Source of the DNA: Spirochaetia bacterium
GTDB taxonomy: Bacteria; Spirochaetota; Spirochaetia; UBA9216
Direction: 5' to 3'
DNA: 64,000 nucleotides
Assembly (NCBI GenBank): GCA_963675665.1
Contig: OY776510.1
Span: forward strand, 512,001 to 576,000
In this document: positions 1 to 9,586 of the stretch, piece after piece
Position numbering within the stretch: the stretch's first letter is position 1
Layout of the letters: each line of letters opens with the position of its first letter
The notes under the pieces: generated by a model
Database searches by the model: none
Told to the model about the DNA's origin: nothing
What the model saw: the letters and a program-made list of their open reading frames with translations, nothing else
Position numbers and translations under genes: made by a program

Positions 1-712
1 CTTTTCCATCAGAATGAGCTTTTACCATCTCTTCAATATTACCTTCTGTAGGATCAAGTACTATGTCTGCGCCGTAGTTCAAAGCATTTTCTCTTCGAGC
101 CTCTATAGGATCTATCACAATAACCTTTGCCCCTGACTCTTTGCAAACCATTGATGCTGTAAGCCCGATCGGACCACCGCCGACTATAGCACAAACATCT
201 GAAGCATCCGGATTACAACCGTTCCCCCATACACCCCAGTAACCAACGTTGAAAGTCTCTACCCAGGCACCAAGCTCGTAATCCCAATCCTGAGGAATAA
301 CATGAGTATACTTTTCTTCAAGAATCATATATTCGCCCATTCCGCCGGGAGAATTCGGCATAAACCCTGTCTCTCGCATGTTAAGACACGCTGAGGGCAT
401 TTTATCATCTTTACAGTTTGCGCAATTCCCGCAGGCAAGAACACAGTCGCCTACAATCTTGTCGCCGACTTTTACCGAAGTTACAGCACTGCCGACTGCT
501 GCACACTCGCCGGCAAATTCATGACCCGGGGTATAGGGGGCTATATCATAGCGGCCTTCCGCAGAATCACCTTCAAAACATTCAACATCGGAACCGCAAA
601 TTCCACATGCCTTCATTTTAAACAGAACCTGATCAGGCATCAGCTCCGGAAGCTCGATCTCTTCTACTCTAAGATCCTCAGGACCATGTAAAAATGCTAT
701 CTTTGCTTTCAT
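1..712 (-). CDS. Zn-dependent medium-chain dehydrogenase (partial, runs off the window start; not in the ORF track)
   Basis: Manual translation from ATG at 712: MKAKIAFLHGPEDLRVEE...CGICGSD...GHEFAG...CGNCANC...GGGPIG. AGGAG RBS upstream. Confidence 0.9.
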   Translation of the reverse strand, partial: MKAKIAFLHGPEDLRVEEIELPELMPDQVLFKMKACGICGSDVECFEGDSAEGRYDIAPYTPGHEFAGECAAVGSAVTSVKVGDKIVGDCVLACGNCANCKDDKMPSACLNMRETGFMPNSPGGMGEYMILEEKYTHVIPQDWDYELGAWVETFNVGYWGVWGNGCNPDASDVCAIVGGGPIGLTASMVCKESGAKVIVIDPIEARRENALNYGADIVLDPTEGNIEEMVKAHSDGK

Positions 713-728
713 CAATTCATCTCCTAAT

Positions 729-1901
729 TTATTTTCGCGGATATTCTGTGCTGACAAGCACCTTGCCCGTTGTTATCTTCATCCCCTCTTCTATATCTTC
801 AAGGTTATATCTGCCGGTACACATCTTTCTCATATCAATACGACCGGAAGCCATTAGCGAAATTACATCACTGTAGATTCCCGAACCGGACTGACCGTTT
901 GACCCTATTATCTCAGCCGCATTCCACTGCCAATAGAATGTCTCTACGGGAGTAGCACCGATAGGATGACTGATCTGAATAGTCTTGCCTCCTATGGCAA
1001 GAGACTTTGCCATAACAGGATAGGTGAACTTCGATGCGCCCGCGCATTCAACAAACATAGAAATCCCTTGGCCGTTTGTAAGCTCCATCAGCATATCAGC
1101 TTGCTCAAACGCATCAGAATAATCTTGCGGGTTAAAAACATAGTCGGCACCACAGTTCTTCGCCAGTCTCTGCCTCGCAGGGATTGTTTCAAATGCTATC
1201 AGCTTTGCCACACCCGCTGTCTTCATCAGCGAGATTGCAGATAAACCTATCGGGCCAGCACCGAAGACAACAACATGGCCGCCTGGTCTGATACCGCCGC
1301 CGCGAACGAAAAGTCCGTTGTAAGCAACCCCAGTGGGCTCTATCATTGCCCCAAGCTCGAATGCAGTAGTTTTATCTCCGTAAAAGCCTACAATGTCGTT
1401 CAGCAGGTAGCAGTACTTTGCTTTAACCTTAACATATTCAGCGAAACCTCCGTCATAGGTAAGCCCCGGCTCTTCGAGGTTCCGACACTGGTTGAACATT
1501 CCTCTACGGCAGGCGTCGCACTCGCCGCACCAGTTCATCGACTCAACACTGACAAGATCTCCTCTTTTCAGACTTGTAACGCTTCCACCGACCTCAACTA
1601 CTTCTCCGGAAAATTCATGACCGGTGATAATCGGGTACTTGGAATGTCCGTCATACAGTGAATAACCCTGTTCATCCTTCTTTAAAAGGTGGACATCCGT
1701 TCCGCAAATACCTGCGGCTCCAACCTTCAGAATCACTTCATCAGAATTTGTTATTTTAGGCTCCGGCCGATCGGTTACACCAGCGCGGATATCTTTCCAG
1801 ATCTGGTTCCCCCGCAAAGCTCTTTGTGTATTTTTTTCTTTGTCAGACACACGATAGCCGTCCTTCGGAATCCAATCGGCTTCAACATAAAATGCTCTCA
1901 T
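729..1901 (-). CDS. iolM: scyllo-inosose 3-dehydrogenase (Zn-dependent)
   Basis: MDR motifs GICGTD, GHEFSG, CGECDAC, GAGPIG. Long N-terminal extension recalled as typical of Thermotoga IolM. iol context. Confidence 0.82.
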   Translation of the reverse strand: MRAFYVEADWIPKDGYRVSDKEKNTQRALRGNQIWKDIRAGVTDRPEPKITNSDEVILKVGAAGICGTDVHLLKKDEQGYSLYDGHSKYPIITGHEFSGEVVEVGGSVTSLKRGDLVSVESMNWCGECDACRRGMFNQCRNLEEPGLTYDGGFAEYVKVKAKYCYLLNDIVGFYGDKTTAFELGAMIEPTGVAYNGLFVRGGGIRPGGHVVVFGAGPIGLSAISLMKTAGVAKLIAFETIPARQRLAKNCGADYVFNPQDYSDAFEQADMLMELTNGQGISMFVECAGASKFTYPVMAKSLAIGGKTIQISHPIGATPVETFYWQWNAAEIIGSNGQSGSGIYSDVISLMASGRIDMRKMCTGRYNLEDIEEGMKITTGKVLVSTEYPRK

Positions 1902-1930
1902 GTTTCTACATCCTCCATCTAAGTCGGCGG

Positions 1931-2734
1931 TTATAGATACCGCCGGATCGTCTTGATTGCCGTCTCGGCACTTACATCGCTGTTGGGCAGCGGTAGTACT
2001 TCGACCCCAAGATACTGCAGATTCGGCAACTCCTTCGCCGCGCCTATAATCGGACCGAAATCGATATGTCCCATACCAGGCGCAAGTCTGTTACTATCAG
2101 CACAATGCAGTGCACCTACATACTCACCCCCAACCTTGATTGAACCAGCAATCGACACCTCTTCTATATTCATATGAAAAGTATCGGGTAGAATCCGTAA
2201 TGCCGGAGAATCGATGACTCTGGCTTCAGCAAGTCCATCCTCAACCGTATTGAAGATATTCGCCTCATACCTGTTTATTGATTCAAGTAGCATGATTACA
2301 TCCTTCGACGCCGCATAGTCTACAAGCTCTTTAACAACCTCCATACCGGTTATATACTGCTGTTTATTACCGTCCTTATCAAGACTACCCTTTACACCAC
2401 CAAGAATCACACAGCCTTGACTCCTTGCCACCAAATCGATATACCCCATCAATCGCTCAACCACAGCTTTCCGTTTCTCCATGCTGGAAGAAAAAACCGA
2501 TAAGTCGTCTTCAAGATAACTCTGACCAGTAGCTATCGATATCAGTTCCAAATTATACTTATCCAGCATCGCAAAAAGATCATCATGCAGAACATCTGTA
2601 GGCGTCCTCAAACTCAATTCTATACCGTTATAGCCTAGTTCACTAAGCTTTTTTATGCCTCGCTCCAGCTCCCCCGCAAAAAGCAGGGGGCCGAATTTTG
2701 TCTGATTAGGTGTAACACTTGCAGCAATCTTCAT
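1931..2734 (-). CDS. iolO: 5-keto-L-gluconate epimerase-like sugar isomerase (xylose-isomerase-like TIM barrel)
   Basis: LESINRYE, DTFHMNIEE and ADSNRLAPGMGH motifs. Lies between iolN and iolM. Confidence 0.72.
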   Translation of the reverse strand: MKIAASVTPNQTKFGPLLFAGELERGIKKLSELGYNGIELSLRTPTDVLHDDLFAMLDKYNLELISIATGQSYLEDDLSVFSSSMEKRKAVVERLMGYIDLVARSQGCVILGGVKGSLDKDGNKQQYITGMEVVKELVDYAASKDVIMLLESINRYEANIFNTVEDGLAEARVIDSPALRILPDTFHMNIEEVSIAGSIKVGGEYVGALHCADSNRLAPGMGHIDFGPIIGAAKELPNLQYLGVEVLPLPNSDVSAETAIKTIRRYL

Positions 2735-2743
2735 ATTAATTCC

Positions 2744-3718
2744 CTATGTAGGATAAGCAAGTGTATATATGTGCTGCCAACCATCTTCAAGAGGCTTCCT
2801 GCAAACGGCTTCAATATCCTCTTTGTTTCTCATAGTTGATGCTTCAAGTGGCGGAAGCTTACCGGCGGGATACATCTCCATAATGTCGTTATGAAGCTTT
2901 TCAAGGTAATCAAGCATCGCGTAAACGCCTGGCCTTGCCTTCTCGGGATCCGCCAAGGTAGCATCACCTACAACACCTTCGGGTGTCGATACCACCTCGA
3001 TTGCGGAAGCGCCTACCTGGCACCAAAAATCAATCGGAGATTCTTCTTTGTATACACTTCCCGATTTGTTTATATGCCCCTGAGGAAATATCGACATTGG
3101 GGTGGTCTTTTCAGCATACTGCTGATCGATGAGTTCAGGAAACAGAGCCATTGAATAGGAAGTTTCTACTTCATCCGCATGGATGAACGGAGTCTCAAAA
3201 ACACCACCGTGGGCTTTGTCTTTAAGGTACTCAGGAATTACAAACCACCAGTTAACATTGACAAGAATTGACGGAACCTGATACTTCTTTGCGAACTGAT
3301 GTATTGCAAGCGGAATAACATAGTCCTGGCCGTGACCATTAAGAAGAATAATCTTTCTAAATCCGGAATTCCAGAAACCGGCAATTACAGCTCTGATATA
3401 TGCTGCGAGATCCTCTTCGGGAACAACAATCGTTCCGGGCATACCCAGATGGTGGAACGGATGCGATCCGTACCAGATAGGTTCGGCTACAGTACAGCCT
3501 ACTTTTTGAGCAACAGCTTCGGCCAGCCTAGTTACAAGAAAAGTATCTTCACCTGAACAGGCATTTTTCCCATGGTTTTCTGTACTACCTATAGGGAGAA
3601 TCAGCATATCGTTCGTTTTCAACCGTTGTTCAATTTCATGTCCGTTCATAGTTTGATAGTAAAGCCCTGTAGGTCTTTCCATGTGGCCACCTTCCGGCGG
3701 TATAGTCCATTTACTCAT
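2744..3718 (-). CDS. iolN: 3-dehydro-scyllo-inosose hydrolase (creatininase family)
   Basis: GSTENHG, LNGHG and HADEVETS creatininase motifs. iol context. Confidence 0.82.
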   Translation of the reverse strand: MSKWTIPPEGGHMERPTGLYYQTMNGHEIEQRLKTNDMLILPIGSTENHGKNACSGEDTFLVTRLAEAVAQKVGCTVAEPIWYGSHPFHHLGMPGTIVVPEEDLAAYIRAVIAGFWNSGFRKIILLNGHGQDYVIPLAIHQFAKKYQVPSILVNVNWWFVIPEYLKDKAHGGVFETPFIHADEVETSYSMALFPELIDQQYAEKTTPMSIFPQGHINKSGSVYKEESPIDFWCQVGASAIEVVSTPEGVVGDATLADPEKARPGVYAMLDYLEKLHNDIMEMYPAGKLPPLEASTMRNKEDIEAVCRKPLEDGWQHIYTLAYPT

Positions 3719-3857
3719 CGTTTACTCCTGTTTTGTCGGCTTTCTCGCCGGCTTGTCTATATTCTTGTTTTCGTATTCATAAACACAAACAACCAACGGC
3801 ATACCATCTGCATACCGTACTGCACAATAAATTTTTTATGTAATCCGTTTTCCCGGA

Positions 3858-4877
3858 CTACATAATCTCCGACAGCTTAACCGGCCGGCCTACCGCAAGC
3901 GACTTCTTCGCAGCCAACCCCATTACAACCGGCATTAAAGCATCCTGAAATCCGCAGGGGCTTTCGCCGCCCTCTTTCAGATACTTCACAAACCGGTTTA
4001 CCTCTTCAGCATATGCTTCGAAGTATCTTTCCAAAAAGAAATAATGCGGTTTGTCTCCGGTTACGCCGTCTACCGTACTTGTATAAACCATTGTAGGCGC
4101 GTCGTTGCCGGTTTGGCAACAGCCCTTCGAACCGAATACCTCGGCGCGCTGATCATAACCGTAAACAGCCTGTCTCGAATTGTCAATTACTCCCACTGCG
4201 CCGTTTTTAAAGTTAATTGTTACAATGGCGGTATCGACATCACCAACCTTGCCTATCCGTTCATCAACAAGTACAGCACCGACAGCAAAGACGCTTTCAG
4301 CCTCACAGCCCATTAAAAAGCGGGCCATGTCGAAATCGTGAATCATCATATCCATGAACAAACCGCCTGAAACCTTGACGTACTCCATCGGCGGGGGCGC
4401 AGGATCACGCGAAGCAATCTTTAAGATATGCGGTTCACCAATAATTCCAGCCTCTATTGTCTCTCTTATCTTTGAAAAGTTGTGATCAAACCTTCTATTA
4501 AAGCCGATTTGAAACTTAACCCCGTTTTCCTTTACGATATTAAGGGTTTCATGAATGCGATTCAGATCGAAATCAACCGGTTTTTCACAGAAAATGTTCT
4601 TGCCAGCCTTCGCTGCCCTTACAATCAAATCCGAATGTGTATCTGTTGAAGAACAGATCAATACGGCTTCTATTTCTTTATCATTAAAAATGTCATCTAC
4701 GTTATCTGTAATATTCGGAACTCCGATTTCTTCTGAAAAAGCCTTCATATCATCATTAAGAAACGGATCAGCAATCGTCTTTATAGTTGCATCAGGAATC
4801 CTCTGCATCACGCTTTTTCCATGAACACGACCGATCTTGCCAGCTCCAATCATTCCAAGAACTGTTTTCTTTATCAT
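3858..4877 (-). CDS. iolG: myo-inositol 2-dehydrogenase
   Basis: GAGKIG, CEKP, GFNRRFD, DMMIHDFD and YGYDQRAEVFG motifs. Confidence 0.9.
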   Translation of the reverse strand: MIKKTVLGMIGAGKIGRVHGKSVMQRIPDATIKTIADPFLNDDMKAFSEEIGVPNITDNVDDIFNDKEIEAVLICSSTDTHSDLIVRAAKAGKNIFCEKPVDFDLNRIHETLNIVKENGVKFQIGFNRRFDHNFSKIRETIEAGIIGEPHILKIASRDPAPPPMEYVKVSGGLFMDMMIHDFDMARFLMGCEAESVFAVGAVLVDERIGKVGDVDTAIVTINFKNGAVGVIDNSRQAVYGYDQRAEVFGSKGCCQTGNDAPTMVYTSTVDGVTGDKPHYFFLERYFEAYAEEVNRFVKYLKEGGESPCGFQDALMPVVMGLAAKKSLAVGRPVKLSEIM

Positions 4878-4880
4878 TCC

Positions 4881-6032
4881 CTATTCTCCTTTTGCCTGCT
4901 TTTTGCTTGAATAAATATCAAACCATACTGCGGTAACAAGTATTGCTCCTTTGACCATATATTGCCAGTATGCGTCCAAGTTCATCATGCTCATCCCGTT
5001 ATCAATAGAAGCCATAAAGAATGCGCCCAGAATGGCTCCAGCCACTTTCCCGGAACCACCGCTCATACTGGCTCCGCCGATAACTGCGGCAGCAATGGCA
5101 TCAAGCTCCATATTCATACCTGCAGTCGGGGTTCCCGCATTCAATCTTGCAGACAGAATGATACCTGCTATTGCTGCCATCAAACCATTGAGGATATATA
5201 CAATTACCAAATTTCGTTGAACTTTAATTCCGGAAAATAATGTTGCTTCAAGATTGCCACCCATTGCATATATACTGCGTCCAAATACAGTTTTTTCTGC
5301 AACAACAGTGAAAATTACAACCAGAATCATCATAATAAGTACTGGAACCGGTATCCCCTGATAGCTGTTCAGGATATAGACTACTCCAAGAACAATTAGA
5401 CAGGCAACAACTGTTTTAACCAAAAACCAGCCAATTGAATCTAGTGAAAAACCGTATCTCTGTCTGGATTTTCGGTTGCTTAATTTGACTATTATAAATA
5501 TCCCACACACTATAATACCTAATATCCAACCAACAAGTTTTGGAATATAAGCCTGGCCAAGCATTTTATATACTTCTTCAAATGGTGCAATCGAAATACC
5601 CTTGGTGATTGCAAGCAATACACCGCGAAATATGAGCAATCCACCTAGCGTAACAATAAAGGCCGGGACACTTAAATAGGAGATTATCGACCCCTGAATC
5701 AAACCTATCAGAACTCCAGAGAATAATACGATAATGATCGTCAAGTAAGGATTTACACCATTCCATACATGCAATGCGGCAGCCATACCGCCGAGAGCAC
5801 CCATGACAGAACCAACTGAGAGATCAATATTACCGGTTATAATCACCAAAACCATTCCAGTTCCAAGAATACCAACTATCGCCATTTGACGCGTAAGATT
5901 GGAGATGTTTCTTGCAAGCAGGAATTTACCTTCCGTCATAAACGTAAAAAATATCCATATGAGAAATAAAGCCCCTATCATGACATAATTTCGCAAGTCT
6001 ATATTTTTTTTATTGAGCTTTTTATCAGCCAT
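4881..6032 (-). CDS. Sugar ABC transporter permease (XylH-like)
   Basis: IDLSVGS and ELDAIAAAVIGGAS motifs, many TM segments. Start taken at MADKK with GGAGG RBS. Confidence 0.9.
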   Translation of the reverse strand: MADKKLNKKNIDLRNYVMIGALFLIWIFFTFMTEGKFLLARNISNLTRQMAIVGILGTGMVLVIITGNIDLSVGSVMGALGGMAAALHVWNGVNPYLTIIIVLFSGVLIGLIQGSIISYLSVPAFIVTLGGLLIFRGVLLAITKGISIAPFEEVYKMLGQAYIPKLVGWILGIIVCGIFIIVKLSNRKSRQRYGFSLDSIGWFLVKTVVACLIVLGVVYILNSYQGIPVPVLIMMILVVIFTVVAEKTVFGRSIYAMGGNLEATLFSGIKVQRNLVIVYILNGLMAAIAGIILSARLNAGTPTAGMNMELDAIAAAVIGGASMSGGSGKVAGAILGAFFMASIDNGMSMMNLDAYWQYMVKGAILVTAVWFDIYSSKKQAKGE

Positions 6033-7575
6033 TGCTTCCTCCAATTGATGCCTGCATTATTTTTTCCTGCGTTGCATCTTGATAATCAAACTCTCCAGTG
6101 ATTTTCCCCTGACTCATAACAACAATTCGGTCACTCATTCCAAGAATTTCTTCCATTTCAGAAGATATCATGATAATTACAACTCCTTCATCGACAAGTT
6201 GGTTCATGATTTTATATATTTCATATTTAGCCCCAACATCGATTCCTCTGGTCGGTTCATCAAGTATCAATACTTTAGGAGATGTCATTAATGCTTTCTG
6301 CAATACAACTTTTTGCTGATTTCCTCCGCTTAATTTTTTCACTTCAGCTTCAACAGAACTTGTTTTTGTTTTTAAACTTTTAATATACTTTGTAGTCTCA
6401 TAGATTTCTTTATTCACATCAACATATCCAAAGGATGCTACTTTTTCCAGTGATGCCAGGGTTGTATTTTCCTTGACATCCATCCCAAGAACCAATCCAT
6501 ATCTTTTACGATCTTCGGTTACGAGGAAGATTCCATTTTTAAGAGCGTTAACTGTATTTTCTATTTTGATCAGTTCGCCGTCAATATAAACTTCTCCGCT
6601 TTTCTGAGCAGGGAAAGCACCATAAACACTTGTAAAAAATTCTGTTCTTCCCGCCCCCATCAATCCGGCGATTCCAAGTATTTCACCTTTATAGGCTTGA
6701 ATATTCACATCTTTTACAAGCCTTTTTCCCTGAATGTTCGGATCTTTAACTGAATAATTGCGAATCTCAAGAACCAACTCACCCCGCTCATGCTTTACAC
6801 GCGGAAACAGATTTTTCAATTCCCGACCAACCATCATGGAGATAATATCCTGCTTTGTGATTTTTTCTATCTTTTCACTTCCAATCGATTTACCGTCACG
6901 AATTACAGTAACCTGATCAGCAATTCTTATCACCTCATCCAGCCTGTGTGATATATAAATACAGGTGATACCCTTTTTACGTAAACCGTCGATTATTCCA
7001 AGTAGGGTATCAACCTCTTTTTCGGTTAACGCCGCGGTCGGTTCATCCAGAATAAGTATTCTCGCATTCCGGGCAAGCGCTTTCGCAATTTCTACAAGCT
7101 GCTGTTGACCTATCCCAAGGTTAAAAATCTTTTCATTGGGATCAATGTGGTGGCCTGATTTATCCGACTCTTCGCCTAGTCCCACCTGTTTAAGCAGTTT
7201 ATCAGTTTCGGCATAAATCTTGTCCCATTGAATAAACCCATTTTTTACTGGATAATTCCCAAGGAAAACATTCTCACCAACACTTAATTTTGGTATCAGT
7301 TCGAGCTCTTGGTGTATACAGACAATTCCTTTTTTTTCTGCATCGGCCGTATTAATGAATGAACTGTCAACTCCATCAACCAGAATTGTGCCCTCATAAG
7401 AACCGGAAGGATGAACACCGCTGAGAACTTTGATCAGCGTGGATTTTCCGGCGCCGTTCTCTCCACATATTGCATGTACCGTTCCTGCTTCAACATCGAG
7501 ACTGACACTATCAAGGGCTTTTACCCCAGGGAAAACCTTTGTGATGTTCTGCATATTTAAAACATAATTGCTCAT
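6025..7575 (-). CDS. Sugar ABC transporter ATP-binding protein (XylG-like)
   Basis: GENGAGKST, LDEPT and LSGGNQQK motifs. Start at MSNYVL with AGAGGA RBS. Confidence 0.92.
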   Translation of the reverse strand: MSNYVLNMQNITKVFPGVKALDSVSLDVEAGTVHAICGENGAGKSTLIKVLSGVHPSGSYEGTILVDGVDSSFINTADAEKKGIVCIHQELELIPKLSVGENVFLGNYPVKNGFIQWDKIYAETDKLLKQVGLGEESDKSGHHIDPNEKIFNLGIGQQQLVEIAKALARNARILILDEPTAALTEKEVDTLLGIIDGLRKKGITCIYISHRLDEVIRIADQVTVIRDGKSIGSEKIEKITKQDIISMMVGRELKNLFPRVKHERGELVLEIRNYSVKDPNIQGKRLVKDVNIQAYKGEILGIAGLMGAGRTEFFTSVYGAFPAQKSGEVYIDGELIKIENTVNALKNGIFLVTEDRKRYGLVLGMDVKENTTLASLEKVASFGYVDVNKEIYETTKYIKSLKTKTSSVEAEVKKLSGGNQQKVVLQKALMTSPKVLILDEPTRGIDVGAKYEIYKIMNQLVDEGVVIIMISSEMEEILGMSDRIVVMSQGKITGEFDYQDATQEKIMQASIGGSNG

Positions 7576-7598
7576 CTTATTCATCCTCTTAAAAAGAA

Positions 7599-7622
7599 CT
7601 GGAGGGCCATCAAGCCCTCCAG
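7599..7622 (-). other. Intercistronic stem-loop after the binding-protein gene
   Basis: CTGGAGGGC-catcaa-GCCCTCCAG inverted repeat with no U-tract. Typical mRNA-stabilising hairpin. Confidence 0.55.
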
Positions 7623-7634
7623 CAAGCAAACGAA

Positions 7635-8717
7635 CTACTTAGGCCACTGGCTTTTCGGAACGTTCTTGTAAACATCCTCAAGTTTATGAAAACCGTCTTT
7701 AATTATTATATCAACCATATTGTCCTTATCAACTGCTACAACATCAACTGAAAAAGAATCAACATCTTTGGTTCCATTATTGAGCTTTGTCCAGACACCT
7801 AATGAACTATCCATGACATTAAGAGGATTTTTTCCTTCCGCAAGAGCTACTGCTACTTCCATTGCCGCCAGATTCAGTTTGGCAAGAGGTTTATAAACAG
7901 TACCAGTCTGAAGACCTTCAACTATTCTCTGACAAGCTGCAATGTCCGCATCCTGACCGGCTATTGGAACCTTGCCTGCCAGCCCCTGAGCAGCAAGAGC
8001 CTGGATAGCTCCGCCAGCGGTGCCGTCATTGGAAGCAATAACTGCCTGCACATTATTATCCGCAAGTGTCAAACCGTTTTCCGCATGCTTAAGAGCTTCA
8101 CTTGGAGCCCAACCATTACACCACTGTTCAAGTACAATATTTATATCTCCCCTGTCGATATATGGCTGAAGAATATTTTTATGTCCCTGATAGACAAGGT
8201 GTGCATTAAAATCTTCAGGTCCACCCTTTAACCAGATATAATTACCTTTAGGAGCTTTATTTACTACAAATGTCGCCTGTACTTCACCGACTTTGACAGA
8301 ATCAAAAGTGATATAATAATCAAGGTCACCGTTGCGGACAAGCCGGTCGTATGCTATAACCGGAATTCCAGCTTCATGAGCAGGAGCAACAACTGTTCCG
8401 ACAGCCTCCGAATCCAGGGCCTGCACTATTAAAACGTCGATCCCCTGCACAATCAGGTTTTCACACTGAGACACCTGTTTCTGGGCATCATCTTCCGCAG
8501 ATTGTACAAGAATTTCAATTCCGTGAGCATCGCCGTATTCTTTGAACATATCTATCTCACGCTGCCATCTTTCCTGTTTCAGCGTTCCAATAGAAATACC
8601 TATTTTCGTCGTACCATCGTCAGCAGCCTCCTCTTGCTGACCTGTCGAAAATGCGAATCCGCCAAAAAAAATAGCGAAAACCATAAGGATTACTGCGATT
8701 TTAAATCCTTTTCTCAT
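7635..8717 (-). CDS. Sugar ABC transporter substrate-binding protein (XylF-like)
   Basis: Signal peptide. ERWQRE, IAYDRL, ASNDGTAGG and GQDAD motifs. Confidence 0.9.
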   Translation of the reverse strand: MRKGFKIAVILMVFAIFFGGFAFSTGQQEEAADDGTTKIGISIGTLKQERWQREIDMFKEYGDAHGIEILVQSAEDDAQKQVSQCENLIVQGIDVLIVQALDSEAVGTVVAPAHEAGIPVIAYDRLVRNGDLDYYITFDSVKVGEVQATFVVNKAPKGNYIWLKGGPEDFNAHLVYQGHKNILQPYIDRGDINIVLEQWCNGWAPSEALKHAENGLTLADNNVQAVIASNDGTAGGAIQALAAQGLAGKVPIAGQDADIAACQRIVEGLQTGTVYKPLAKLNLAAMEVAVALAEGKNPLNVMDSSLGVWTKLNNGTKDVDSFSVDVVAVDKDNMVDIIIKDGFHKLEDVYKNVPKSQWPK

Positions 8718-8749
8718 AAAATCCTCCTGAATTTATTTAATACACCATT

Positions 8750-8778
8750 AGAGTACCACTGGTATACCGTTATGTCAA
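8750..8778 (-). promoter_or_regulatory. sigma70 promoter of the inositol operon with a palindromic operator in the spacer
   Basis: Minus strand TTGACA-N17-TACTCT with extended TG. GGTATACC palindrome at 8761-8768. Confidence 0.65.
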
Positions 8779-8790
8779 GAAATTATTTAA

Positions 8791-9549
8791 TCAGACTATC
8801 AGGAATATAACAGAAACAAAAGTAGCAATGATAACGAATATCCTGTATGGTTTTTCAGGAATGTATTTAACAAGGAAGAACCCGAGAAGCCCTCCGACAA
8901 TAAGGCCCGGAATCATTAAAAGATCAAAACAAAAAGACTGCAGACTGATAGTTTTCCAGACAAACAGATGAAACGGAACCTTTGCCAGATTCACAAGCCA
9001 GAAAAACCATGCCCTGGTAGAAATGAATTCATTTTTATTCAAATTTATTGAAAGAAAGTAGACTGCAATTATCGGACCTGCTGCATTTCCAATCATTGTA
9101 GCAAAGCCGCCGAGCAGTCCAATCACAGCATTTGTATACCAATGACTTTCAACCTTGATTTCGCGACCGGTAACTTCTTTTATTATCATAAATATCAGAA
9201 CAACAAACACTGCCCCTGCAATTATTTTCTTGAAAACTGAATCATTAACATAATTCCCGATTAAGATTGCTGTAACTATTCCGGCCAGAGCCCACGGAAA
9301 AAGTCCTAAAAGGGCCCGCCATTGTATCGATTTCCGATAGGAAAAAACCGCAATTATATCCGCAAGAATCAGCATCGGAACCATTACCCCGGTCGAAGCC
9401 CTTCCGCCGAAAACAGCGGCAAGAAGGGGTATTGATATCAATTGTATGCTTAGAAGCCCTGTCTTGTTAGCGCCGATCAACGCTGCGGCGCCAAAAACCA
9501 GCAGCCACTGCACCGGGCTGAAGCCGAATGAGTTTAAGAAATCAATCAT
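8791..9549 (-). CDS. TauE/SafE family membrane protein
   Basis: Multi-TM protein with GANKTG, GGFATMIGNAAGP and NLAKVP motifs. Confidence 0.8.
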   Translation of the reverse strand: MIDFLNSFGFSPVQWLLVFGAAALIGANKTGLLSIQLISIPLLAAVFGGRASTGVMVPMLILADIIAVFSYRKSIQWRALLGLFPWALAGIVTAILIGNYVNDSVFKKIIAGAVFVVLIFMIIKEVTGREIKVESHWYTNAVIGLLGGFATMIGNAAGPIIAVYFLSINLNKNEFISTRAWFFWLVNLAKVPFHLFVWKTISLQSFCFDLLMIPGLIVGGLLGFFLVKYIPEKPYRIFVIIATFVSVIFLIV

Positions 9550-9586
9550 CTGAATTATCCTGTAAAAGGCAATGCCCGGTTTTCAA

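Noticed and set aside
418-621. 67-aa plus-strand ORF
   Set aside because: Antisense to the partial dehydrogenase at 1-712.
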